32,000 bases of DNA from Vibrio alginolyticus NBRC 15630 = ATCC 17749 (GTDB taxonomy: Bacteria; Pseudomonadota; Gammaproteobacteria; Enterobacterales; Vibrionaceae). The position numbers were made by a program, and so were the translations under genes. How positions within the stretch are numbered: the stretch's first letter is position 1; every line of letters starts with the position of its first letter. Location of the stretch: the NCBI RefSeq assembly GCF_000354175.2, contig NC_022359.1, positions 1,200,001-1,232,000 on the forward strand, read 5' to 3'. Shown here one piece after another: positions 17,860 through 26,062 of this stretch. A model generated the notes under the pieces. It saw only the letters and a program-made list of their open reading frames with translations, did not search any database and had not been told where the DNA came from.

Positions 17860-18252
17860 TTACGCAGACTGAAAGTCCTTTACTAGGGTCGGCTTGCTAG
17901 CGAAGAAAATCTTGCCAAACAGGGACTTGTACTTCCAGCCAAGAGACAAAAGCCGTTTAGCTAAGTTCTTGTTTTCAATGATTGCAACCTCAACACCTTG
18001 GTAGTGGTAAGGATTGCTTTTGATGTAGTCGATAAATGCAGTAAGCACGCCTTGCCCGCGAACGGAGGGTGCAAAGTTGACTGCTACAATAGAAAAGCGT
18101 TGGCTACCTGCTGGGCAACGGACTAAACAGTGCCCAAGAGGATGAGTAATAGTCTCAGAAAATTCAGGAAAAGGGCGAGACTCAAGCTCTTGAGAAAGCG
18201 CATCGTATCGCTGACATAGATAAGAAAATAGTTGTTTCGCTTCGCTGTTCAT
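17860..18252 (-). CDS. GNAT-family N-acetyltransferase (probable)
   Basis: VNFAPSVRGQGVLTAFIDYI matches the acetyl-CoA-binding motif A (R/Q-x-x-G-x-G/A). Start placed at MNSEAK. The Cys-rich 25-aa upstream extension looks non-coding. Confidence 0.55.
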   Translation of the reverse strand: MNSEAKQLFSYLCQRYDALSQELESRPFPEFSETITHPLGHCLVRCPAGSQRFSIVAVNFAPSVRGQGVLTAFIDYIKSNPYHYQGVEVAIIENKNLAKRLLSLGWKYKSLFGKIFFASKPTLVKDFQSA

Positions 18253-18744
18253 ATCGGTGCCGCTTTTGTGTTGCTTGGTTTGAAGGCATTGATGTCTCAA
18301 GCATTGTAACCATAGATAGCAACACAAAACGCGGTAAACTTTTTCAGTAATGATTTCCTATTTTTGAAACCTTAATTGTTACAAATGAAGTTGATTGGGT
18401 TTTATATGGTAGTTGTGAACGAGTGTTTCTAGTTGAAGGGAGAATACGCTCGTTACTGGATTCTTACTGGAATTCCTTTGTTAAAAGGCGAGCTGCTTGG
18501 TTTAATGCCGCTCGTTTAACTGCGAGTGGCATCTTTTGTATTTCGTCACCTTGTACAGCGACGATGGGACATGATGTGGGATCTTCTATCCTAGCTCTTC
18601 ATGGTCTAAATTATCTCATTAACCACTCAGAGCTAGATTCTTAGTCTCGCCAAGGCTCGCTGGACTGACACAAAAACATCGTTAAACTCCTGTTATTAAA
18701 TTATTTGGTCCGCCTTTGCTTACTTTTGAACGCTTAACTAGGCG

Positions 18745-20505
18745 TTACTCCAAGTGCTTAAATTGCAATGCCACAAGTCGCTGATACAACTCACAGCTTT
18801 GCATTAATGATTGGTGGTTACCAACATCGACTAACTCGCCATTGTCGAGCACCGCAATTTTATCCGCATGTTGGATAGTCGAAAGACGATGAGCAATAAT
18901 CAACGTTGTGCGTCCTTTCATTAGAGCTTCAAGTGCTTGCTGAACGTGATGTTCACTTTCACTATCAAGGGCGCTGGTAGCTTCGTCTAGCAGTAAGATT
19001 TTTGGATCTTTTAGAATCGCGCGAGCAATCGCAATGCGCTGCTTTTGTCCGCCCGATAGCCTAACGCCGCGCTCGCCTAAAAAGCTGTGATAGCCTTCGG
19101 GAAGCTTCTCAATAAACTCATGGGCATGGGCTTTTTTCGCGGCTTCGATAACTTGTTCATCCGTCGCTTTAGGATTACCGTAGCGAATATTATGGAAAAC
19201 ATCATGGCTAAACAGCGCTGGTTGTTGTGGTACGAGCGCCATTTGACGTCGAAGTTCGTTTGGGTCGAACTGTCGAATATCTTCACCACCAAATAACACT
19301 TGCCCTTGCTGTGGGTCATAAAATCGTTGCAGCAGTTCGAATAGTGTTGTTTTACCTGCACCAGAAGGGCCGACTAACGCCAGTACTTTTCCTTGTTCAG
19401 CGGTTAGATTTAATTCTTTGATTGCTGGTTGATTTAGGCGAGAAGGGTAGTTGAAACTCACCGAATTAAAGTTAATCTCAGCAGGCATGTCGGAACGGAC
19501 AGGCAAATGGTTGCTTGGCGCTTTAATATCACTGTCTACTTGAAGGATCTCAATCAGCCGTTCGGTAGCACCTGCGGCTCTTTGCAATTCACCCATGACT
19601 TCGGAAATGGTTGCAGTCGATGAGGCAACCATAATGGCATAAAACACAAATGCGGCTAGGTCACCCGCAGACATTTTTCCGTGAATCACATCGCTGCCGC
19701 CTACCCAAAGCATGCCTGAAATCGCGCTGAACACAATCACAATAACGCCTGATATCAGGATCGCGCGCTGTTTTACTCTCTGTCTGCCTATTTCATAAGC
19801 TTTTTCCACCTCGACAGCGAAAGCCGCTTGTTCATGCGACTCTGAGCTAAAACTTTGCACGGTTTTAATATGTTCTATCGCTTCTCCAGCGTAGCTGCCA
19901 ACATCAGCCATTGAGTCCTGACTTTGACGAGAGAGCGCACGCACACGTCGTCCATAAAACAAAATTGGTACCAAAACCAAAGGCACAGAAGCAAGCACAA
20001 TCAGCGTGAGCTTAACGTTGGTAGCGAATAACATAATGATGGCACCAAAGCACATCAAAGCGCTACGCATCGCCATTGAGAACGATGAACCGATAATGCT
20101 TTGCAGCAATGTGGTATCGGTAGTCAGGCGCGACATTATGTCGCCACTACTGTTAGTCTCAAAATAGCTCGGATGCAGCGTAATCACATGGTTAAACACC
20201 GCAAGGCGAATATCCGCACTAACGCGCTCACCTACGGCAGAGACAAGGTAAAAGCGAAAGAAAGTCCCAATGGCAATACACAATGTGACACCGACAATAA
20301 ACTGAATCGCATTGGTGAGCTCTTGCAATGATTGCTGAGCAAAGCCTTGGTCGATAAGAATGCGCACTCCATAGCCAACGGATAACGTCAAACTTGCTGT
20401 CGCGACAAGGGCAACCAAGGCTGCCGCAACCCGCCATTTATAAGGTGCAATAAAGGTGTTGAGTTTAAGAAGAATGCTGAGATTTTTGTTATTTTTTCTG
20501 CTCAT
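18745..20505 (-). CDS. ABCB-type (MsbA-like) fused permease/ATPase exporter
   Basis: Six-TM domain followed by an NBD with Walker A GPSGAGKTT, signature LSGGQKQR and Walker B ILLLDEATSALD. Start placed at MSRKNNKN (20505). Confidence 0.85.
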   Translation of the reverse strand: MSRKNNKNLSILLKLNTFIAPYKWRVAAALVALVATASLTLSVGYGVRILIDQGFAQQSLQELTNAIQFIVGVTLCIAIGTFFRFYLVSAVGERVSADIRLAVFNHVITLHPSYFETNSSGDIMSRLTTDTTLLQSIIGSSFSMAMRSALMCFGAIIMLFATNVKLTLIVLASVPLVLVPILFYGRRVRALSRQSQDSMADVGSYAGEAIEHIKTVQSFSSESHEQAAFAVEVEKAYEIGRQRVKQRAILISGVIVIVFSAISGMLWVGGSDVIHGKMSAGDLAAFVFYAIMVASSTATISEVMGELQRAAGATERLIEILQVDSDIKAPSNHLPVRSDMPAEINFNSVSFNYPSRLNQPAIKELNLTAEQGKVLALVGPSGAGKTTLFELLQRFYDPQQGQVLFGGEDIRQFDPNELRRQMALVPQQPALFSHDVFHNIRYGNPKATDEQVIEAAKKAHAHEFIEKLPEGYHSFLGERGVRLSGGQKQRIAIARAILKDPKILLLDEATSALDSESEHHVQQALEALMKGRTTLIIAHRLSTIQHADKIAVLDNGELVDVGNHQSLMQSCELYQRLVALQFKHLE

Positions 20506-20678
20506 GAGTGACTCACAAAGCGTTTTAGGTACCTGGCATAGTAAGCCAGTTTGGTTGGTGAGACCAGCGAACTGCCGCTTTCGGATTAGGAAATTAACTG
20601 GGATAACCAATATCGCATGTATATCGAAAATCACTTAAACGTCTAAGAGGCTAGAATCAGCTTTTAGTTCGGAGGGGG

Positions 20679-21293
20679 TTACGCACGGCTTTTGGCGAGT
20701 AGCAGGTCGACTTTTCCTTTGGCTGTTTTACTGACCGTTTGCATCAACTGAAAACTTGGTTTTTCGACGCCTGAGTTTTCTATCCCTTCGACCATTAAGA
20801 GCCAAAGCTTGGCTGTCATTTGCGCATCGGCTAGTGCACGGTGGAAAACGCCGTCGTTGTCGATATTTTTATAGCGAACAAGTTCACTTAACTTATGTGA
20901 TGGGGCATCTTGAATGAGCCGTCTTGCCACCAGTAAGGTGCAAGCAAACTCACCCGAATAACCACAGTTGATTCGTTCAAGCTCTGCATCTAAAAATCGT
21001 TTATCGAAGGACGCGTTGTGAGCGATAAGGTTCTCGCCAGCAATGAACTCACTAAATGACGCCATTACCTCTTCGCAGCTTGGTGCCGATCGCAACATAT
21101 TGTTGGTAATGCCGGTGTAGTTCTCAATGAAAGAACTCACTCTGAAACCGGGATTCATGAGTTGCTGAAAACTATCGACAACCTCGCCATTGACTAACTT
21201 TACTGCACCAATTTCTATTGCGCGATCACCTAAAGTAGGAGAGAGACCTGTGGTTTCAAAGTCGAGTACGACCACAGAGTTTGCTTGAGGCAT
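20679..21293 (-). CDS. DEDDh 3'-5' exonuclease (DNA polymerase III epsilon-like domain, stand-alone)
   Basis: 204 aa with Exo[11 protein letters not shown], Exo[15 protein letters not shown] and Exo[12 protein letters not shown]. Confidence 0.8.
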   Translation of the reverse strand: MPQANSVVVLDFETTGLSPTLGDRAIEIGAVKLVNGEVVDSFQQLMNPGFRVSSFIENYTGITNNMLRSAPSCEEVMASFSEFIAGENLIAHNASFDKRFLDAELERINCGYSGEFACTLLVARRLIQDAPSHKLSELVRYKNIDNDGVFHRALADAQMTAKLWLLMVEGIENSGVEKPSFQLMQTVSKTAKGKVDLLLAKSRA

Positions 21294-21544
21294 AAAATTT
21301 CCAGCTGAGTAATATTGCGCAAGAGTATTATCGAAAGCGACAGAAAAAGAAAGGCGAACACAATGGTGAATATCTGTCTATCTTTACTCCACAAAGTCAG
21401 TATTCGTCGTCCACTGTTTATGGACAGGTACGTTCTGGCTTACCCATCGCGGCTTGTGCGGTAGCCTTATATTTCAAATGTTTTTCGGCTTTTCGATTCA
21501 TTTCAATTAAGCATTAACTTTCGATACAACATACTGATTATAAA

Positions 21545-21561
21545 TTGATTTTATAAATCAA
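21545..21561. promoter_or_regulatory. Dyad TTGATTT-tat-AAATCAA upstream of paralogue 1
   Basis: Perfect 7-bp arms about 88 bp upstream of the ATG. Conserved with one arm mismatch upstream of paralogue 2. Confidence 0.3.
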
Positions 21562-21648
21562 CTTCGGCATCATTCACGGCTTGATTTTGAGGATGAATAT
21601 CATCACAGCAAAAAATTAGAACAATTTATAATGCGAGGCTAGGGAACG

Positions 21649-22509
21649 ATGGAAACAATAAAAAATCACTATTTAGATATACCTGAAGAAAGAAAATTGC
21701 GTATTTTTCGTGAGGAAGATGAAGATTTTTACAACTTCTGGGAAGAAATGCTTGATGAAAAACAATCTTTTTATCAGCAACCTCTCAAAAGAATGAAAGG
21801 CGACGCTTGGTATTCGCTTGATTCATTCTTCACTGCTTCAAAATACGGACAACATCAGGCCTCGCCAGCTTATATAAAAAGAGCGCTTGAGTTACTGAAT
21901 AACGTGTACTTGCTGGCCAATCATTCAGACAAAGTGGTTGAATTCTCCGTTGGGCACCGACATTTTTCGGAAGTAGGTAACCGTTCTATTGCAGGGGGAA
22001 CGATGGATGCTTGGTTGGATGAAATCTGTTTAGCGATGGCCGCGAGAGATTGGCGCTGCGTAGAGCTGATGACCATCATGGATGAGTCGTTAGTGCGTTT
22101 AAAAGATCCATTCGATGTTGCGCTAGTCGAGTTCGTTAACGGTGTATTTAGCAATTCATCAGCGTTACCAGAGTTATTGCAAACTGTGATGGAGAAATCC
22201 TCCCCGCAATACTTAGAATCAACCAGAGTGCCATATGTACACTCTTTGTTTATTCCATTTGTGAATGTGTTTGTTGCCATTATCGATGGCGATGAGGCAC
22301 ATTATCAAGAGGCACTGAGGGATGCGTTAGAGGCGCATTACCAGTTCTACATAAATGAAGATGTTCGCTATTCGCCAAAAGGAAATGTTTCTCTGAAACT
22401 GATTGGTCTTGCTGCATTGGCATACGATAAGTATGGCTGGACAATTCCAGAAACCGCATATTTGCCAAAGTGGCTCGTTTACGGTGAGCATGATCTCTGT
22501 TCTAAATAA
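21649..22509 (+). CDS. Uncharacterised 286-aa cytoplasmic protein, paralogue 1 (speculative: polymorphic-toxin/T6SS immunity-like)
   Basis: Long ORF with GAGG/AGGGA upstream, no signal peptide and no TM segment. Strong purifying selection between the paralogues in the C-terminal half shows that it is coding. Confidence 0.75.
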   Translation: METIKNHYLDIPEERKLRIFREEDEDFYNFWEEMLDEKQSFYQQPLKRMKGDAWYSLDSFFTASKYGQHQASPAYIKRALELLNNVYLLANHSDKVVEFSVGHRHFSEVGNRSIAGGTMDAWLDEICLAMAARDWRCVELMTIMDESLVRLKDPFDVALVEFVNGVFSNSSALPELLQTVMEKSSPQYLESTRVPYVHSLFIPFVNVFVAIIDGDEAHYQEALRDALEAHYQFYINEDVRYSPKGNVSLKLIGLAALAYDKYGWTIPETAYLPKWLVYGEHDLCSK

Positions 22510-22545
22510 ATCATTAGTAGAACACCTTATGTAGTGTCTGCGGCA

Positions 22546-22647
22546 ATGCCGTTCGATGAAAGGTTGGCGCAGCTGCGGGCTCTGTTTGAGCGAACAAAAC
22601 AAATCTACAAGATCATTGGGCTTTGTTGCGTAATTCGATGGAACTAA
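22546..22647 (+). pseudogene. 5' stub of an unknown gene (MPFDERLAQLRALFERTKQIYKII...) running into an IS end
   Basis: From codon 25 (22618-22620) onward the frame reads through the IS903-type inverted repeat, which begins at 22619, and stops at 22647. Confidence 0.35.
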
Positions 22648-22736
22648 ATCAGGAAGTTACGATCTGATCGGCTACATCAGTTAATCATCGTAGCCTTATG
22701 CCGAAACCTTGTTACAAAACAACTAACTGGACACAG
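22619..22736 (+). mobile_element. Truncated left end of an IS903-group (IS5-family) insertion sequence, about 118 bp
   Basis: 22619 GGCTTTGTTG equals the first 10 nt of the IS903 terminal inverted repeat, recalled from memory. An ATG at 22698 opens MPKPCYKTTNW, matching the conserved K-x-T-N-W-x-x-Y-N start of IS903-type transposases at a similar distance from the IR. Homology stops at the start of repeat copy 2. Confidence 0.55.
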
Positions 22737-22796
22737 GCGGCTTTTCGATTCATTTCAATTAAGTATTGCTTTTCGATATAAGATACTGATTATAAA

Positions 22797-22813
22797 TTGA
22801 TTTCATAAAACAA
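22797..22813. promoter_or_regulatory. Dyad TTGATTT-cat-AAAACAA upstream of paralogue 2
   Basis: Homologous position to 21545-21561, with 6 of 7 arm positions complementary. Confidence 0.25.
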
Positions 22814-22899
22814 CTTCGGCATCATTCAATGCTTGATTTTGAGGATGATTATCATCACGGCAAAAATTAGAACAACTTATAATGCGAGGCTAGGGAACG

Positions 22900-23760
22900 A
22901 TGGAACCAATGAAAAATCACTATTTAGAGATACCTGAAGAAAGAAAATTGCGTATTTTTCGTGAAGAAGACGAACGTTTCTATAGTTTTTGGGAAAAAAT
23001 GCTTGATGAAAAACAATCTTTTTATCAGCAACCTCTTAAAAGAATGAAAGGCGATGCTTGGGATTCGCTTGAGGCATTCTTCACCGCTTCCGAATTCGGA
23101 CAACATCAGGCCTCGCCAGCTTACATAAAAAGGGCGCTTGAGTTACTGAATAACGTGTACTTGCTGGCCAATCATTCAGAGCAAGTTGTTGAATTCTCCG
23201 TTGGGCACCGACATTTTTCGGAAGTAGGTAACCGTTCTGTTGCAGGGGGAACGATGGATGCTTGGTTGGATGAAATCTGTTTAACGATGGCCGCGAGAGA
23301 TTGGCGCGGCGTAGAGCTGATGACCATCATGGATGAGTCGTTAGTGCGTTTAAAAGATCCATTCGATGTTGCGCTAGTCGAGTTCGTTAACGGTGTATTT
23401 AGCAATTCATCAGCGTTACCTGAGTTATTGCAAACTGTGATGGAGAAATCTTCTCCGCAATACTTAGAATCAACCAGAGTGCCCTATGTACATTCTTTGT
23501 TTATTCCATTTGTGAATGTGTTTGTTGCCATTATCGATGGCGATGAGGCGCATTATCAAGAAGCACTGAGAGATGCGTTAGAGGCGCATTACCAGTTCTA
23601 CATGAATGAAGATGTTCGTTATTCGCCAAAAGGGAATGTTTCTTTGAAACTGATTGGTCTTGCTGCATTGGCATACGATAAGTATGGCTGGACAATTCCA
23701 GAAACCGCATATTTGCCGAAATGGCTCGTTTACGGTGAACAGGATCTTTGTTCTAAATAA
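22900..23760 (+). CDS. Uncharacterised 286-aa cytoplasmic protein, paralogue 2
   Basis: Differs from paralogue 1 at 18 of 286 residues, 16 of them in the first 135 residues. Confidence 0.75.
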   Translation: MEPMKNHYLEIPEERKLRIFREEDERFYSFWEKMLDEKQSFYQQPLKRMKGDAWDSLEAFFTASEFGQHQASPAYIKRALELLNNVYLLANHSEQVVEFSVGHRHFSEVGNRSVAGGTMDAWLDEICLTMAARDWRGVELMTIMDESLVRLKDPFDVALVEFVNGVFSNSSALPELLQTVMEKSSPQYLESTRVPYVHSLFIPFVNVFVAIIDGDEAHYQEALRDALEAHYQFYMNEDVRYSPKGNVSLKLIGLAALAYDKYGWTIPETAYLPKWLVYGEQDLCSK

Positions 23761-23824
23761 ATCATTAATAGAACACCTTATGTAGTGTCTGCAGCAATGC
23801 CGTTCGGCAGCACCTCGAGCAAAC

Positions 23825-24037
23825 ATGTTGCACCTTATCCTGCCATTTAGCTGCGAAGAGTTGAAAGAACTCCAACACACGTTTGCCACGGAAAAGGGCA
23901 TTTGGTTTGGTAACCCGCAAGTCACGGCACATCCAAATCAATCGATTGTTGAATGGTATATTGGTGACTACCTGCTCAATCTTGGTGATGACGAATTAAG
24001 GTCGTTTTTCAATCAGTTACTCGGTAAGAAGGCATAA
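23825..24037 (+). CDS. Hypothetical 70-aa ORF (possibly a gene remnant)
   Basis: ORF only. There is no recognisable SD and the frame opens only 39 nt upstream of the ATG. Confidence 0.25.
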   Translation: MLHLILPFSCEELKELQHTFATEKGIWFGNPQVTAHPNQSIVEWYIGDYLLNLGDDELRSFFNQLLGKKA

Positions 24038-24119
24038 ACTTATCAATATGCGAGCTTACTAACACGCCATACGCGACACTTCATGTATTCTTAATTGAAG
24101 CGAAGAAGAGGATTTATCA

Positions 24120-24380
24120 ATGTCAAAAAGCTCCAAACTTCACAATGAAGACAAACTGGTTAAGAAGGCACTAGAGATTGGTGGGAAGATGGCGAAGCTA
24201 CAAGGCTTTGACCTTCCTCAGTCACCACAACCTCTAAGAGTAAAAGCGATTTACCTATTCTTGGTTGATGCCAAACAGATCACCCCATTACCGGAAAGCA
24301 AGCTAGACGGCGCAAGCATCAAACACCGACTGGCAGTCTGGATACACAGTGCATTGCCAGACAACGACCCTCTAAAGTAG
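24120..24380 (+). CDS. Hypothetical 86-aa protein
   Basis: AGAGGA lies 8 nt upstream of the ATG and a terminator follows. Confidence 0.55.
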   Translation: MSKSSKLHNEDKLVKKALEIGGKMAKLQGFDLPQSPQPLRVKAIYLFLVDAKQITPLPESKLDGASIKHRLAVWIHSALPDNDPLK

Positions 24381-24411
24381 AAAACCTCATAAGTCATATA
24401 GGTCATTAATT

Positions 24412-24443
24412 AACAAGGCGAGCCAAATGGTTCGCCTTGTTTG
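24412..24443 (+). terminator. Terminator hairpin, near-identical to 16517-16551
   Basis: aacaaggcgagcc-aaat-ggttcgccttgttt. Confidence 0.6.
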
Positions 24444-24603
24444 ATCTTGGCGAGTGCACCGAGGTCTTCTAATGTTTCGTTATCATTGATTTACAAAACA
24501 GCATCAAAAGGGCTAAAGATAAAGCCAGAGAAGCGCTACAATGCTCGCGTTGCAAGAGTGCAACCAAGAATACTCATTTACAGAAGCCTTGAAGTAACCA
24601 TAC

Positions 24604-25098
24604 ATGTCTAAAGATTTCGAATTCACTACAGAATACACACTCGACAAGCCATTTTTTGCTGAGTGTTATGATCAAACTAGCCAGCCAGTTAAGTTCCCGC
24701 AAGCGTATTTGAAAGGGATCCTCTTTCTAATTTTTGGTGTGGTTTTATTGGAGTTTGAACTGCTACCTAACGGTTACGTCGGTTGGTTCTTTATCGTATT
24801 GAGTGTGATTGAAGCGTGCAGCGTTTACTTCAAAAGAACTTGGTGGCTGTGGCGTCAAACCATCAGCTCAAGCCGCGGCAGTAAAGTGGTGTTTGAAGTG
24901 AATGCAGATGGCGTGCGCTACAAAAGCGGTAAAGTTGACCGCAGCCTCGCTTGGAATGAAATCGACCAACTCGAACAAACTGATTTGGGCTTTATCCTTC
25001 ACCTTGGTAAACAACGCCAATACATCAGCAAATCTTGCTTAAACGAAGAAGTGATCGCGTTTATGGTAGAGCAGCACGCGGCATCAAAAGCGAGCTAA
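24604..25098 (+). CDS. Small membrane protein with two TM helices and a C-terminal soluble domain (YcxB/bPH-like)
   Basis: 164 aa. The hydrophobic pair LKGILFLIFGVVLLEF / GWFFIVLSVIEACSVYF is followed by a beta-rich domain. The family call is from memory. Confidence 0.45.
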   Translation: MSKDFEFTTEYTLDKPFFAECYDQTSQPVKFPQAYLKGILFLIFGVVLLEFELLPNGYVGWFFIVLSVIEACSVYFKRTWWLWRQTISSSRGSKVVFEVNADGVRYKSGKVDRSLAWNEIDQLEQTDLGFILHLGKQRQYISKSCLNEEVIAFMVEQHAASKAS

Positions 25099-25217
25099 CC
25101 AGCTCATATCAAGCTGGAATGAGCGTTCTAAAAAGTAGGTGATATATGATCGAACATTGTAGCAAGTATATCGTCGGTTCTGAATCAATTGGGTTTGATG
25201 TAGAAAGCTAATAAGGC

Positions 25218-25958
25218 TTAGAGGTTTCTCTTTCGGACATACTGCTTCGGTGTCATGCGCGCAATCTGCTTACACTCTCTAGTCATGTGTGCTTGATCGG
25301 AAAAACCTTGCTCCAGCGCCAATTCCGATAAAGTAAGATCGGGTTGCGCTCGGAGTTGCTCTAAAGTGTGCTTCACTCGTTTAATGCGTTGGTAATGTTT
25401 AGGAGTAATCCCCAACCATTTCTGAAAATTGCGCTCTCTCTGGCGCTGACTGATGGTCCCTGTAGGTTGTTCAATAATGTGGCCGACATACTGCGGTTCA
25501 TATTCCTCAATCAGTGTTTGAACCCAGCGATATAACGTAGAAATCCTTGCATATGGCGAACGCGCTGTTTGCAGAGACTCAAATGTTGCTAGCGCAGAAG
25601 AAGCCAAAGGGTGGTCGTCTTGAATCCGCAATAGCTGTTCTAGACGTTTACCAAATAGTTGATAACCAACAGCAGGATGAAAGCGTACGCCAGTCATCAC
25701 CGCGCCTGGCGGTAGGCAGACCTGATGTGCGAGAATGCTTATAGGCAGTAGGACAACCCCCGGCGTTTGCCACTCACCATCCATTTGTACTTCATTCTGT
25801 AAAATGAATACCACACCTGTACCAGCATCACTGAGTAATTGTTTACGTACGGTTTGCGTCGTATCAGGTTTGACGGATGCTGACCAAATGGCTTGAACAT
25901 AGCCAGCTAAAGCCTTTTGAGGTTTTAAAATATCAAATTCTAAGTTCAAATGAATCAT
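25218..25958 (-). CDS. AraC/XylS-family transcriptional regulator
   Basis: The C-terminal double HTH is ...LSELALEQGFSDQAHMTRECKQIARMTPKQY. Start placed at MIHLNLEF. Confidence 0.8.
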   Translation of the reverse strand: MIHLNLEFDILKPQKALAGYVQAIWSASVKPDTTQTVRKQLLSDAGTGVVFILQNEVQMDGEWQTPGVVLLPISILAHQVCLPPGAVMTGVRFHPAVGYQLFGKRLEQLLRIQDDHPLASSALATFESLQTARSPYARISTLYRWVQTLIEEYEPQYVGHIIEQPTGTISQRQRERNFQKWLGITPKHYQRIKRVKHTLEQLRAQPDLTLSELALEQGFSDQAHMTRECKQIARMTPKQYVRKRNL

Positions 25959-26062
25959 CCTATTTAACCTCAACTTAAATGAGAAAGTGATACACATGTA
26001 CTTTTCATCATATAAAGTTGAGGCATAAGCAGTGGCTTACAAGTAAGAACCGTCAAATAGAA

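Larger units (their letters stand above)
21486..22555 (+). repeat. Tandem duplication unit, copy 1 (about 1.07 kb: 163-bp upstream region, 861-bp gene, 46 bp downstream)
   Basis: Aligns base-for-base with 22738-23806, apart from about 5% substitutions and small indels in the upstream part. Confidence 0.9.
22738..23806 (+). repeat. Tandem duplication unit, copy 2
   Basis: See copy 1. Period is 1251-1252 bp. Confidence 0.9.

Noticed and set aside
18423-18644. 73-aa GTG-initiated ORF in the 417-bp gap between the GNAT and ABC genes
   Set aside because: There is no SD, no family resemblance and no terminator, so support is insufficient to call a gene. The gap may simply hold the GNAT gene's promoter and the ABC exporter's 3' region.
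18253-20634. N-terminal extensions of the GNAT (to 18327) and ABC exporter (to 20634) ORFs, and similar extensions for the AraC, GloA, MerR and AhpD-like ORFs
   Set aside because: The internal ATGs give family-typical N-termini, and for GloA and the AhpD-like gene they are also preceded by better Shine-Dalgarno sequences. The extensions are odd in composition, so the shorter coordinates were used.
21414-21427. LexA/SOS-box-like CTGT-N6-ACAG between the exonuclease gene and paralogue 1
   Set aside because: The spacing is 6 rather than the 8 of gammaproteobacterial LexA boxes (CTGT-N8-ACAG). Only the 4-bp arms are complementary and the inner bases are not.
21921-22602. Antisense ORFs inside the paralogues (21921-22280 and 22327-22602, mirrored by 23172-23405 and 23578-23925) that look conserved
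   Set aside because: Their apparent conservation is a by-product of the duplication. The substitution pattern (third-position changes in the plus frame) shows that the plus-strand 286-aa frame is the one under selection.
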